From positions 416,001-480,000 of the forward strand of contig CAWGMQ010000007.1 in assembly GCA_963823665.1 (NCBI GenBank): a DNA stretch of 64,000 nucleotides, written 5' to 3'. The position numbers were made by a program, and so were the translations under genes. Each line of letters begins with the position of its first letter. The stretch's first letter is position 1. Shown piece after piece: positions 27,492-38,298 of this stretch. The DNA comes from an uncultured Planctomycetota bacterium. GTDB taxonomy: Bacteria; Planctomycetota; Planctomycetia; Isosphaerales; Isosphaeraceae. The notes beneath the pieces were generated by a model. The model saw only the letters and a list, made by a program, of their open reading frames with translations. It was not told the origin of the DNA and ran no database searches.

Positions 27492-28427
27492 ATGTCAGTT
27501 GGCGCTATCCCGAAGCCGACGATTGAGGCCTGGCAAGCGCAGGAGTTGCGAGCTAGCTTCTTTACGACGCTCGATGCGGTGCCACTGCGGCGGAGCGGGT
27601 GGTGGCAATTGGCCACGGGAGGCGCACCTGAGCGAATCGAGGACAGGCCGCAGGTGCCTCTGCATGTCGAAGAGGGACCGTTCGGAGGCGGTGTCTTGAC
27701 TCTTAATGTTCAGGCCGATCGCGTCGATTGGATACTTGCACCGCAAGTCGATTCGATTGACGGGTTTGAGGACGGTCCGACGGTCGATCGGTTTGCTGCT
27801 GCGCGCGATGAATTCCTCGGTTTGATCTCAGGTTGGGTGCCATCGGCGCCCGACTGCCGTCGCTTGGCGTTCGGCGCCCGGGTACTCCTTCGCGTTCCCA
27901 GTCGGGAAGCCGGATACCACTTGCTGGCCGCTTATTTGCCGTTTGCTCCGGATCCCGAGAGTTCAACTGATCTGCGGTACCAAATCAACCGGCAGCGCAA
28001 ATCGCGTGTCGACGCCGGACTGTTGATCAACCGTCTCCAGAGCTGGTCGGTCCTGTCCTCTCGAAAGAGCGCCGTGTCCGTTGCGGGACGCCTTCGGGTC
28101 CCAGAGGTCGTTCTTCACGAGAAGTGGTCGATCATGCTGGAGGCCGACGTGAACACGGATGCCGAGGCATGGGACAGGATCGTGCGCGAGCGAACGGGTG
28201 TGCTCATTCAGGAACTCGCCGACCTCGCGACACAACTCGTGCTCGAGGGGGACCGACCGGGCCAAGGCGACCCGCCAGCCGCAAGATCGAACGCCGGTAC
28301 AGTTGACGAGACGGTCGAGGCTACGCCTGCTGAAACGCTAATGCCGCCAATTGATATGCTGTTAAAGCTGGCGAGACAGTCGCCTCCCCCGCAATCCTGG
28401 TTCGAGGAGGATTTCAGCGATCTGTGA
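27492..28427 (+). CDS. Hypothetical protein, possibly TIGR04255-like, with an antitoxin-like C-terminal tail
   Basis: AGGAG RBS; RVDW, RRLAFGA, YQINR, INRL..WS, LEADVNT; tail PPPQSWFEEDFSDL; directly upstream of the PemK gene. Confidence 0.6.
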   Translation: MSVGAIPKPTIEAWQAQELRASFFTTLDAVPLRRSGWWQLATGGAPERIEDRPQVPLHVEEGPFGGGVLTLNVQADRVDWILAPQVDSIDGFEDGPTVDRFAAARDEFLGLISGWVPSAPDCRRLAFGARVLLRVPSREAGYHLLAAYLPFAPDPESSTDLRYQINRQRKSRVDAGLLINRLQSWSVLSSRKSAVSVAGRLRVPEVVLHEKWSIMLEADVNTDAEAWDRIVRERTGVLIQELADLATQLVLEGDRPGQGDPPAARSNAGTVDETVEATPAETLMPPIDMLLKLARQSPPPQSWFEEDFSDL

Positions 28428-28445
28428 TGGCAGGAGAGGCGACGG

Positions 28446-28835
28446 GTGCTCTCGGTTCGGTTTGGCGATATTGTTCTCGTTTCGCTGGTTGACATGAATG
28501 GTGTCAACACGAAACCCAGGCCTGCGGTCGTCGTCAGCCCTAATGAGGTGGTCTCGAGCGGCGGTCCTATCGTCGTCGTGGCGCTCACGTCGACGCTCCC
28601 TCGAGTGATGACCGAGGACCACGTCCCTCTTCAGTGGCAACATAACAAGCATCCGATAACCGGGCTCAATAAACCGAATGCGGCCGTCTGCAATTGGCTT
28701 TCGGTTGTGCAACCGGATCAGATAATCAGACAAATTGGTCGAGCGGTCGGCGATCGCCTTCAGGCGATAGCCGCTCGCTGTCGAGAGAACGCCCAAGCGC
28801 TCATCGACTCTGACACCGCTGAAGAGGAAGGCTGA
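28446..28835 (+). CDS. PemK/MazF family mRNA interferase toxin
   Basis: GDIVLV...KPRPAVVVS...VVVALTS...TGL..P; AGGAG RBS. Confidence 0.85.
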   Translation: MLSVRFGDIVLVSLVDMNGVNTKPRPAVVVSPNEVVSSGGPIVVVALTSTLPRVMTEDHVPLQWQHNKHPITGLNKPNAAVCNWLSVVQPDQIIRQIGRAVGDRLQAIAARCRENAQALIDSDTAEEEG

Positions 28836-28933
28836 TCGCGGTCAGACCCAAGCGATCACGAGGCTGCGAATTCTGCCGTGGCGTTCCGCGGCGCGAGCGC
28901 CTGGAATAGAATCAGTGAGCCTGGGAGGTGTGT

Positions 28934-29344
28934 GTGATCCTTCGTATTCGTGACGCGCGGGTCTGTGGGCCGCATTCGTTGCGGTTGACATTCAGCGATG
29001 GGACTACCAAGCAGGTCGAAGTCAGTCCGCTGCTTGACGGCCCGATCTTCGAGCCGCTTCGGGACCCCGTGTATTTTGCGCGTGCGACCCTGGACGCGAC
29101 CTGCGTGACGGTGGTCTGGCCCAATGGCGCGGACTTCGCTCCGGAGGCCCTCCATGAGCTCCAGGCCGAGGCCATGTCCGAATTCTGTCTAATTCTTGTT
29201 CGGCCGGGGAGGGTCGCGGATGGCGGAGCGGGACTATTACGGGATCCGTGCTGCCTCCGCGGTGGATGCCTTGTCGATCGCCGCGGCCAACAGGCTAATC
29301 CGCGAGATGAAGCTGCTCCTTGCCGATTCAGGGAAGGCATGTGA
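28934..29344 (+). CDS. DUF2442 family protein (3' extension doubtful)
   Basis: LRLTFSDG, LDGPIFEPLRD..YF, TVVWPNGADFAPEAL; GGAGG RBS. Confidence 0.8.
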   Translation: MILRIRDARVCGPHSLRLTFSDGTTKQVEVSPLLDGPIFEPLRDPVYFARATLDATCVTVVWPNGADFAPEALHELQAEAMSEFCLILVRPGRVADGGAGLLRDPCCLRGGCLVDRRGQQANPRDEAAPCRFREGM

Positions 29345-29368
29345 GATCAGTGTAACCGGCGCTTGGCT

Positions 29369-30343
29369 ATGATCAATGACATCAAGACTGCTATCGATAT
29401 CAGCTTCAGAGGTCTTCTTCGGCGCGCTCTGCTGGCGGTTTCGTCGATTTTGATTGTGGGCATACCGGGGAGTGTGACGGTCGTGCGCGACGAGCGCACA
29501 CGGCCCAGGAGCGACCGGGTGGCAAGGACTGGATCGGGAAGCTGGTCGTGCCGAAGTATGCCGGGTTCAAACTTCGGGTCGAGGGCAGGCTCGTTGATCC
29601 TGATTGGAGCGAGACGTATCGTGTCTAGCGGGTGGATGGACCGCGGGTCTGGTTGAAAGTCGACGGACGAGGGATATCCGGTTGGGCCGGGGCCGACCAG
29701 GTCGTCCTGGTCGAAGAGGCGAGCGCGTTCTTCGAGCGCATGATCCGGGAAAAGCCCAGGGATATTCGCGGCTACTACATGCGCGGGAGGATCGCCAAGG
29801 AGGAGAAAAAGGACTTCGGGTCTGCTCTGCGCGACTTATTACACCGATGCTCTTTGCAACCGCGGGAGTGCGTGGTGCCGCGAGAAAGAATATGACAAGG
29901 CGATCGCCGATTTCTCGGAGGGGATCCGGATCAATCCGAACCTCGCGGTGCTCTTTCACAACCGCGGTTTCGCATGGCAACGGAAGAAGGAATACGAAAA
30001 GGCGCTGGTTGACTTCGAGCGGGCCATTCGAATCGATCCAACCGACGTCGGCGCACTGAACGATGGCGCCTGGCTCATGGCGACATGCCCGGATGCGAAA
30101 TTGCGCGATGGCGGGAAGGCCGTTGTGTCGGCGACGGCGGCGTGCCAGCTTTCGAAGTGGAATGATTCGGAGCACATCGCGACTCTTGCCGCAGCATGTG
30201 CCGAGGCGACTGATTTCGCTGCTGCCGTCAAATGGCAACTCAGAGCCATCGAGCTTTTGGCGGACGAGACCGAAAAGGACGAGCATCAGTTGCGGCTGGA
30301 GCTTTACCGGGCGAAGAAGCCTTTCCACGAGAGCGAGAACTGA
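29369..30343 (+). pseudogene. Disrupted TPR-repeat protein
   Basis: TPR units (NRGSAW..KEYDKAIADF; NRGFAW..KEYEKALVDF) and AWLMATCPDAKLRDG; in-frame TAG at 29626 plus frameshifts. Confidence 0.7.
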
Positions 30344-30750
30344 CAGGCGAGGGATAACAGAAGATAACGGAGGCAACGAAGAAGAATCAGAGGTCTGATT
30401 CTGCGATCGGGTCTTCCCGGCCGATCCGTTTCCGCGCTGATCGACAGAAACCGCAGTCCGCAATCGCCCCCGCGACGCGTGAGCAGCACGCGCGTCGGCC
30501 CGGGTGTCGGCGCGGTCGCGGTGCGTACGCTCTTGGCGCGGTGGTGGTCGACTGGAGTCCAGCAATAGATACGCGATTGGTCGGTTCGATCAATGGCGGA
30601 CTCGAGACCTTCGTGGTTGATGCCGGTTGAACCGACACCACAGGAATATCGACTTCAGCGCCTGGCTGAGCCGAGTGTCCGATGTCTTTTGCTTCACCAC
30701 CCAGTGCCCGCGCGTAAGCCAGTTCAGTCAATGTGGTTGGCCAGGCGGTC

Positions 30751-31119
30751 TCACGGTCGTTCGCCAATGAACCGGCCGAGCGTGTCTCGGCATCCCGTGG
30801 AGATTCGTCGGAAGCCGGCGCTGAGTCCGTCCGCTTCGCAGAGGCGTGACCAATACTTTAGCGCGTGGTTCGCCACTTCGGGCCACAGGTGCAGGTTCAA
30901 GGCGGTAGGCGGTCGTGGGGTGAATTGTCTCTCGATCAGGTTCGCGTCCGCAGGCGCAAACACCATCGGCAGCATGTCGTACACTGGCGTTTGACTCAGT
31001 GCCAACTGCCTCGCCTCATCGGCGAAGAAGCAAAAGTTGCCGAAGTGCCTGTCCGTGTTCCCGATGAGATCGCCAAAGGTGTCCAGCCAGATCATCCGGT
31101 CGGCATGTCCTGAGTCCAT
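30751..31119 (-). pseudogene. C-terminal fragment of a HipA-family (YjjJ-like) kinase toxin
   Basis: FGDLIGNTDRHFGN and PVYDMLPM.FAP; the N-terminal part is absent. Confidence 0.8.
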
Positions 31120-31477
31120 GCTCAGGAACGGCTCCCGGAGAAATGGTTCCTGGAATGACTCGGTTCTGACCTCACGATGCCAAGATCAATCCGGGAGCCG
31201 CGAGAGGTTCACGGACTGAACGAACGAACTGGATGTGGGAATGGCGGGGGGTGTTTTTCCCGGTTCTTGGCCGCGGTGCGGCAGATTTTGGGGTTTTAAT
31301 CGAGTTCGTCGTTGCATCCCTCGCGACGTGAAAAAAATCTCAGATCAACTGGTCGACGAAATTGGCACATCAGGGAGAGCCGTCGCATATTATCTTTAGC
31401 TCGATCTCGATCGCCGACACTGGAGTCGGCGCACGGGATCACCCACCTCTGATCTTGAACCGAGAATTGACACTGAT

Positions 31478-33551
31478 ATGGCCTCTGATGCACAAATCAA
31501 TGCGAACCGGCGCAATGCGTTGCGCTCCACCGGGCCGACTTCGCCGCGCGGCGCGCGATCAGCTCGAGGAATAGTCGACGCCATGGTATGCGGTCGGAAC
31601 GTGAGAAGCTCGCGCGGGAGGAAAGCATCGCGTACGAAGCGCGATACTTTCGCTGGGCCGCGAATTATGGGGTGGAGTCCGACCCCGAGGAGTTTCTGCT
31701 CAATGCCAACGTGTTCCTGGCGTCGGACATGGATCGGGTCAGGGGTGCGTATCTGGAACTCACTCAAAGCCAGGTCGACGATGCCGACAACGCGGAGATC
31801 AAAGAGGCGAGTGACACGGGCAACCGGCTGTTCTCCGATCCGCGAGGAGTGCCGGTTTCGATGTATGGCAACCGTCGCTTTAACGGCATGAAACCGGGGG
31901 GACCGTCGTGGGGCAGCGCAAAGCGCCGGCGCTTGACCCCGGGGAACTCATGGGGCAACTGGAATCGAGCGCGATGGGGTGCTACTGGATACTGGAAGTT
32001 CTTGAGGAACTGCTGAAGCTGGCGCGGGAGTCCTTCTGGGTTGGAGGAGATCGGCTGCGGATGATCCGGCTGCTGGGGCGGAATCCCGTGGACGCCGTTG
32101 CAGACCGGCGAGTTGCGGAGGTTTTTGCGGCGAGTCACGCGCTTCGGCCAGTGGGCAATGCATTTGCCGAGCTGGAGAGCGATATGAGCGAGCTCGCAGC
32201 CGAGAACCAGGAGAAGGATATCAGGGCGAGGTGGCGCGACCTTTCGCGCAAAGGTGAGCCGGAGAAGGCCAGGCAGAGCCTGATCGGCCTGGTGGAGGGC
32301 GAGATCGAGCGGGTGTGGGCGATTGCGGAGCAATATGAAGAGAATGCGGGTGATGAACCTGCGCGGACCCGGAGGCGCAGGAGTTTCGTTCATAGCCGAG
32401 AAGCCGATGCGATGCGGCGATGGTTCGTGCGCGCCAAGGGGTCGGTGGAGCGGGGGGGGAAGGTACTTCGGCAGGAGGTACGGGCGCGGAGGGCGGATAA
32501 GGATGCGCAGGGATTGCCGCCGGTGCCTGGGAAAGATGTTAGCCCGTATGATGGGCGGCCGGCGTCTTGGTGGAGGGAGAGCGCGGGTGATCGGAAGGCG
32601 GGACGGAGGGCGGAGGGCGGAGGACGGAGGACGGAGATCAGGGCGGAGGGCGGAGGACGGAGGGCGGAGGACGAGCGGGAGGCAGGACGGAGGGCGGAGG
32701 ACCTGGGACGGGGTCAGGAAAGTCTCGTCCAAGGTCGGGAGGGTGATTGTGAGAGCGGCGGAGCATTCGCGGGTGGGTCTTCGGGCGCGGCAGTTGAAAT
32801 TGGCCGTGAGACTCAGGTGGACGGTACACGGTGTGTGCCTGCGGCTTCGAATGCGAAGGGGCGCGGGTGGGAGTCGGTTGTGGTCGAGGAATCGGACGTT
32901 CTCGCGTGTCAGGGGTTCCTTCCGGAGAGGTACATCGAGAATGTGGGTCAGAGCGAGCCTGGGCCTACGGTGGAGGACGCAGTGCCGAGTCGTTCTGGAA
33001 CGGTGAGTTCGGATCCTGGTGAAACCGGGACCTGCGGCACGGATCTGGACGCAGGAGGGGTTGGCGAAGTCGCCCGGGAGGAACTGGCGGAAACCGCTGA
33101 TCGGTGGTGCGATCAAGGGGTTCTCGTAGGCGGCGATGACGTACGAATCGCTGAAAAGGCGCCGAACGAAGCCAATTTTTGTGCTGACGTGTGCATAACA
33201 CAACATCAAGGGATTATTGAAGTTCCGACGAATTCTGGCGGTGTTTCGGGACTTGACGGTTGTCAAACGAAGCCAATTTTTTTGGAAACGAAGCCAATTC
33301 CGGCGAGTGGTTCGGAAGCGGGTAGAGCGGGCGGTTCGAAGGCGCCGGAAGCACGAACTCTGACGGAACGCGAGCGGTGGGACGCGTGGAGGGAGATCAG
33401 GCGGCGGGAGTGGATTCGGTCGCGCGCGGAGAAACAGGCGCGGGAGCGGGACCGCAGCGCGAGGTTGAATGGCGGGGCAGCGAACGCTGGGGCGGATCCG
33501 GGTGGGGCGGCGGGGGACGTGACGGGGTCACAGGATGTGCGGGGGCCCTGA
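31478..33551 (+). CDS. Hypothetical protein with N-terminal ANRRNA..STGP...HG motif; two frameshifts (~31555, ~31915)
   Basis: MASDAQINANRRNALRSTGPTSPRG, continuing through ORFs 31588-32016 and 31908-33551. Confidence 0.65.
32601..32700. repeat. Heptamer tandem repeat GG(G/A)CGGA
   Basis: Interrupted runs of GGACGGA/GGGCGGA. Confidence 0.85.
33165..33299 (+). repeat. Three exact copies of AACGAAGCCAATT
   Basis: At 33165, 33266 and 33287. Confidence 0.9.
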
Positions 33552-33618
33552 GGTGACGCGGGTGGTGTTGGGGATTATCGGCGCGGCGATCGGATCACTG
33601 GCGGGTGGCGCCGTTTTT

Positions 33619-33649
33619 CCCCCCTGGCCCCCTTCTAAAGGGGGGGGAA
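33619..33649. repeat. Dispersed hairpin repeat CCCCCTGGCCCCCTT..AAGGGGGGAA, copy 1
   Basis: Matches 37107-37140 and 44995-45028. Confidence 0.75.
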
Positions 33650-33770
33650 GCTTGGATGGTCGCCGGACGGCTTTGTGGCGACGGCCGCCGGAGGGTGGGC
33701 ATGGAACTCCGCCCGGCCGCTTACCTCAAGGAAGGGAACTGGACGGTGCGGGACCGTATCTAATAAAGGA

Positions 33771-33796
33771 GCGGAGCGGTACCGCGCTCCGTTTTT
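33771..33796 (+). terminator. Possible intrinsic terminator
   Basis: GCGGAGCG-gtaccg-CGCTCCGT stem, then TTTT. Confidence 0.45.
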
Positions 33797-34033
33797 GATC
33801 CGTCCGGATTGTCAATCTTTTAATAAATTCGCTTGCACGACGTATTACCCATCGACTACAAGTGTCTTATTCCGATTCGACGGTTTGACTGCACGGTCGG
33901 TGCATGGATCGGCCCCGATCCGAGGGCATCGTCTCGCGGTGCCGAGAATGAATGAAAGCTGGTGGATCGCACGTTCCGTTCCGGCAGCCGCGCGTCCGGC
34001 TCCAGCCTGCTGAGATGAGGTCATCGAACCGTG

Positions 34034-36179
34034 ATGCGTGTGGCTGTTCTGGCTCTCATCGTGGTTGTCTTGTTCCCCGCGCTGGCATTTGCTCAGGCCA
34101 ACGACAAGGACCAGGACAAGGTCTCGAACGATCAACCCGATCGGCCGTTGCAGATGCCGCCGGCTACCACCGAGGTGAAGGAGGCGCTTGATGATTTCGA
34201 GCGCTTCAGCCGCCGCAATGCGTGGGAGCGGGCACTCAAGGCTCTTTACACGATCAGCCAGGACCAGTCGCAGCGGTTCATTGACGGCGAGAAGGGTTTC
34301 ATCATCCCGGTTGCGCGGAAGCGGCGGCTGGTCTTGAGTGCACTGCCGTCGGCTGGTCAGGCTGCGTATCGACTCTTCTACGACTCGGATGCTCGCAAGT
34401 TGTTCGACGAGGCCAAGGGACCGACCGAGCTGGCGACGCTCGAGCGGATTTATTCGGCCTATTTCAGCACGTCGATCGGCGACAATGCCGCGGACCGGCT
34501 GGGGGACCTCTATTTCGAGCTGGGGCGGTTCGATCGCGCAGCCGACTGCTGGCTCGACGTGCCTGCGCGGGCGAACGGATACCGATCTCTCCCCGGCCTT
34601 GCTTGCGGTCAAAGCGGCGCTGGCGCTTCATCAGGCTCACCGGCGGTCGGAATTCGAGCAGATTCGCACGGACGTGCGCGAGCGGTACTCAGGCGAGAAG
34701 GTTACGCTCGGCGGCCAGACGGCCGCTGCGCCGGCGCTGCTGGAGCGACTGCTCAAACAGGCCGCGCCCGCTGCGGAAGCGGGCGCCCCGTCGGCCGGGA
34801 CAGCCGAACCCGGTCTCGCTCTGGCCGACCAGGTTGAGCCGGTGTGGCAGATGCGGTTCGGAGACTCGGTTGAAGCGGGGATGACGCCGCCGGAGCTGAC
34901 TCAATGGGAAGGCAATGTGCTCTCGGCCGCGGTGCCGGCGGTGGCTGTCACCGACGGGTCGAAGCTATTTGCAAACTATCTTGGCTATCTGTTCGCGATC
35001 GATTTGAAGAGCGGCAAGCTGCTGTGGCGGTCGGCGGCGTTTCATCACGTCGAGATTCCGGCGATGCAGAACATGGGGCAGGGCATCGACGTCACCCGCT
35101 ACGCGATCCTCGCATCGGGCGAGCATGTCTGGAGCCTTTCGCGCGATATGAAGGACGGGAACTTTCAGGCGCCTTTTTCGCTCATGTGCTGCCGGTCGGA
35201 GAACGGGGAAGCCATCTGGCAGTCGAAGGACGTCTCCGACTATGCGGGGCTCGACCTGAACGGGCCGCCGATCCTGGCTGCCGGCAAGATCTTCATGCCG
35301 GCGAAGGGCCAGGGCAATCCTCAGCAAGGGCAGGGGGGGATGCAGCAGCTCGTGCTGGCGATTCAGCCCCACGACGGCAAGGTGATCTGGAAGTCGGAGG
35401 TGGGGTCACTGCGGGCAGATAACAACAATCGTTGGTGGGGGTGGGGCAACCGGGAGCCGGAAGCGCAGCCACGGCTGGTTTATAGCGCCGGATCGCTGTA
35501 CGTCGAGACCCATCAAGGGGTGTTTGCGCGGCTCGACGCCGACAGCGGAGCGCCCGACTGGGGATTCGCCTATCAGACGGACCCGGTGCAAGGGCAAATC
35601 CGCTTCTTCCGATTCTGGGGCGAACCCATGCAGCAGCAAGAAGCCACGCCGGAGGGAAGCCTGCCGCTCCTTTCCGGCGAGACATTTTTGCTGAAGGGGC
35701 TGCAATCGACGCGGCTCAATGCGCTGGACCCGAACCGGATGAAGGTGCTGTGGGAACGGCCTATTTCCAAAGGCTCGCGGTTGCTGGCGGCCGACGACAA
35801 GACCGTTTATCTTGGTGGTGCGGAGATCTCGGCCATCGACCTGCAAAGCCGGAACCTGCTGTGGGCGACGCGGGTGCCGGGCGGGTGTGCCACTGCCCGG
35901 GTGCTCGTGCGGAAGGATGCGATCTGGCAATCGACGCCGCGCGGGATAGTCGAGCTGGACCCCAGGACCGGCCAAGTGCGGCGGTTCTTCCGCGGCAAGG
36001 ACCTGGGCTCGGTGGGTGGCGACCTGATGCTTACCGGCCCGCTGCTTGTTTCCGTCTCCAATCGCACGATCACCGCTTATCCGCGGGGCGCGGGTGCTTC
36101 TCGGGACGTTCCGGCCCGCAACGCCGCTGCTGCATCCAACACCACCACGAGCAAAACCACGGGGGTCACGAATGAATAA
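34034..36179 (+). CDS. Exported TPR + PQQ-like (BamB-type) beta-propeller protein; frameshift near 34560
   Basis: Signal peptide, LGDLYFELGRFDRAADCW, repeated AID..SGK.LW blades. Confidence 0.75.
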
Positions 36180-37020
36180 GCCACGAATTGCGGCCGTCGT
36201 TTTCGTCGTCGCGTGTCTGGGCGCGGTGTGCCCGGCGGAGGCCCAGTGGTTCAACCAGATGCCGACGTCTGCGCCGGCGGGGAACATCGAGGGCTTCACG
36301 GTCACCGGCCGCGCCTTTTCGGCGGCCAAGCCGAACGCCGTGGAGATCGACCTCGATGTGTCGGCGTCATCGGAGCTCACCGCGGACGCGATCGTGAAGT
36401 ACCGTGACGCCAAGAAGCGGGTGCACGACGCGTTCGGGGCGCTCAAGCTCAAGAACGTCACCATCGAGGAGCGGGGGCTGCTGGTCGATCAAAAGGGAAT
36501 GATGCAGAACCCGTATATGTGGGGAGGGATGCCCAACACCCGCACGAAAACTGAGGTCCAGCTCAGCCGGAAGCTGGTTGTGAAGGCGAGCGACATCCGC
36601 TCGATGCCGGAAGACGCGGTTTTGCAGCTCGTGGGCAAGCTGCTCGACGTGGCCCAGGATTCGGGCGGACGGATTGGCGGTCAAAACGACTTCAACCCCT
36701 ATTATTACAACCCCTGGCAGAACATGCAGCGAGGGTTGATTCGCTTTGTCCTCGAAGACGTTGACAAGCTGCAAGAGGAAGTCTACGACAAGGCGATCGC
36801 GGATGCCCGGATGCGGGCCGAACGGCTGGCGAAGCTTTCCAACGTCGAGCTGGGGCCGGTGACGGCGGTGCGGGAGATCATTGTGCCGAGCGACCGGTTC
36901 ATCACCAACGATGAAGAGATGCCGAAGCACCGCCTCGAAGTCGGCCGGTTTCAGGAGATTCCGATTCGCGTCGAACTGCAAGTCCGATTCGAGATTCACT
37001 CCAAGGGTGGCAAGAAATAA
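36172..37020 (+). CDS. SIMPL (DUF541) domain protein
   Basis: Signal peptide, FTVTG...KP, KAIADAR.RAE.LA...VELG.V, V.VRF. Confidence 0.75.
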   Translation: MNKPRIAAVVFVVACLGAVCPAEAQWFNQMPTSAPAGNIEGFTVTGRAFSAAKPNAVEIDLDVSASSELTADAIVKYRDAKKRVHDAFGALKLKNVTIEERGLLVDQKGMMQNPYMWGGMPNTRTKTEVQLSRKLVVKASDIRSMPEDAVLQLVGKLLDVAQDSGGRIGGQNDFNPYYYNPWQNMQRGLIRFVLEDVDKLQEEVYDKAIADARMRAERLAKLSNVELGPVTAVREIIVPSDRFITNDEEMPKHRLEVGRFQEIPIRVELQVRFEIHSKGGKK

Positions 37021-37035
37021 GGAGTGCAAATCGAT

Positions 37036-38284
37036 ATGAGCGAGCACATTCGCGGATTCAACGAGCGGGAGATTTTGCGTAGCGTGGGCGACGGCGACGG
37101 AATGCACCCCCCCTGGCCCCCCCTTCTCAAGGGGGGGAAAGAGAGTGAGACCCTTCTCGACGGGGGGAATCCGTTGGACGCGGCTCGGCGGAAGTCTCGG
37201 CCTCTCGATATCTCGCGGCGGGTTTTTCTGGATCGTTCGACTCTAGCTGCCGCGGCGGCGCTGGCGGGGTTGGGGTCGCTGGCGGGGACTTCGATCAGCC
37301 GGGCGGCGCAGAAGGAGGTCTTGCCCAAGCACATCACGCCCGAGACGCTCAAGGCGGTGATCAAGGGGCTCGATTACCTTCAGCTCAAGCAGTCTGACGA
37401 TGGGTCGTGGGTCATGGGCGGGGGCGAAGGGTACCCCGTGGCCATGACGGCGCTTGCGGGTACGGCGATGCTTGCGCATGGAAATTCGCCCACGCGTGGA
37501 AAGTACGCCAGGAACGTGCAGGGGGCTGTCGAATACCTGGTGCGCTGCGCCACTCCGAATGGCCTTATTACCGGCTCGTCGCAAGACGGGGGCCAGCCGA
37601 TGCACGGGCATGGGTTCGCGCTCATGTTCCTGGCGTGCGTGTACGGCATGATCACAAAGGAATCGTTGCGGCAGAAGGTGCAAGCAGCGGTGCGGAAGGC
37701 CGTCACGCTGACGAGCCAGGGGCAGAGCCTGCACGGGGGCTGGACGTATATCCCCGGCGCCGGCGACGAAGGGTCGGTCACGGTCACACAGGTGCAGGCC
37801 CTCCGCGCGGCGCACAACGCGGGGTTTCTGGTTCCGAGGGCAACCATTGAAGAGGCGGTGAAATACCTGGAGCGATGCCGTACGCCGGAAGGCGGGATCC
37901 AGTATTCGCTGCTGGCCGCGACGGGGCCCAGGCTGCCGATCTCGGCCGCGGCGGTGGCGACGCTGTATAACGCAGGCCAGTTCGACAGCACCATTGCGAC
38001 GGATTGCCTGAAGTACGTCTGGGCCAAATTCAGCGCGACCGAGGGATGGGACAAGGGCGACGGCCACTCGTTCTACGCACACCTGTATGCGGCCCAGGGG
38101 TTTTACATGGCGGGCGACCAGTACTGGGACAAGTATTTCCCCGCGACCCGAGACCAGTTGCTCGCCATGCAACAGCCCGAGGGCTCGTGGAACGGCGACG
38201 GTGTCGGGGACGGTTTACGGGACGTCAATCGCGACCATCATCCTTCAGCTTCCGTACAAATATCTTCCGATCTTCCAGCGATAG
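37036..38284 (+). CDS. Prenyltransferase/squalene oxidase repeat protein with Tat-like SRRVFL; frameshift near 38210
   Basis: [47 protein letters not shown]; ends YKYLPIFQR*. Confidence 0.82.
37107..37140. repeat. Dispersed hairpin repeat, copy 2 (inside the 5' part of the prenyltransferase-like ORF)
   Basis: CCCCCCCTGGCCCCCCCTTCTCAAGGGGGGGAAA. Confidence 0.75.
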
Positions 38285-38298
38285 CGAGGAACGCCATC

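Noticed and set aside
33165..33299. Mini CRISPR array
   Set aside because: The repeat is only 13 bp, the gaps are 88 and 8 nt, and no cas genes are present.
37036..38284. Squalene-hopene cyclase or terpene biosynthetic cluster
   Set aside because: A single ~350 aa barrel without DXDD, in a MoxR context.
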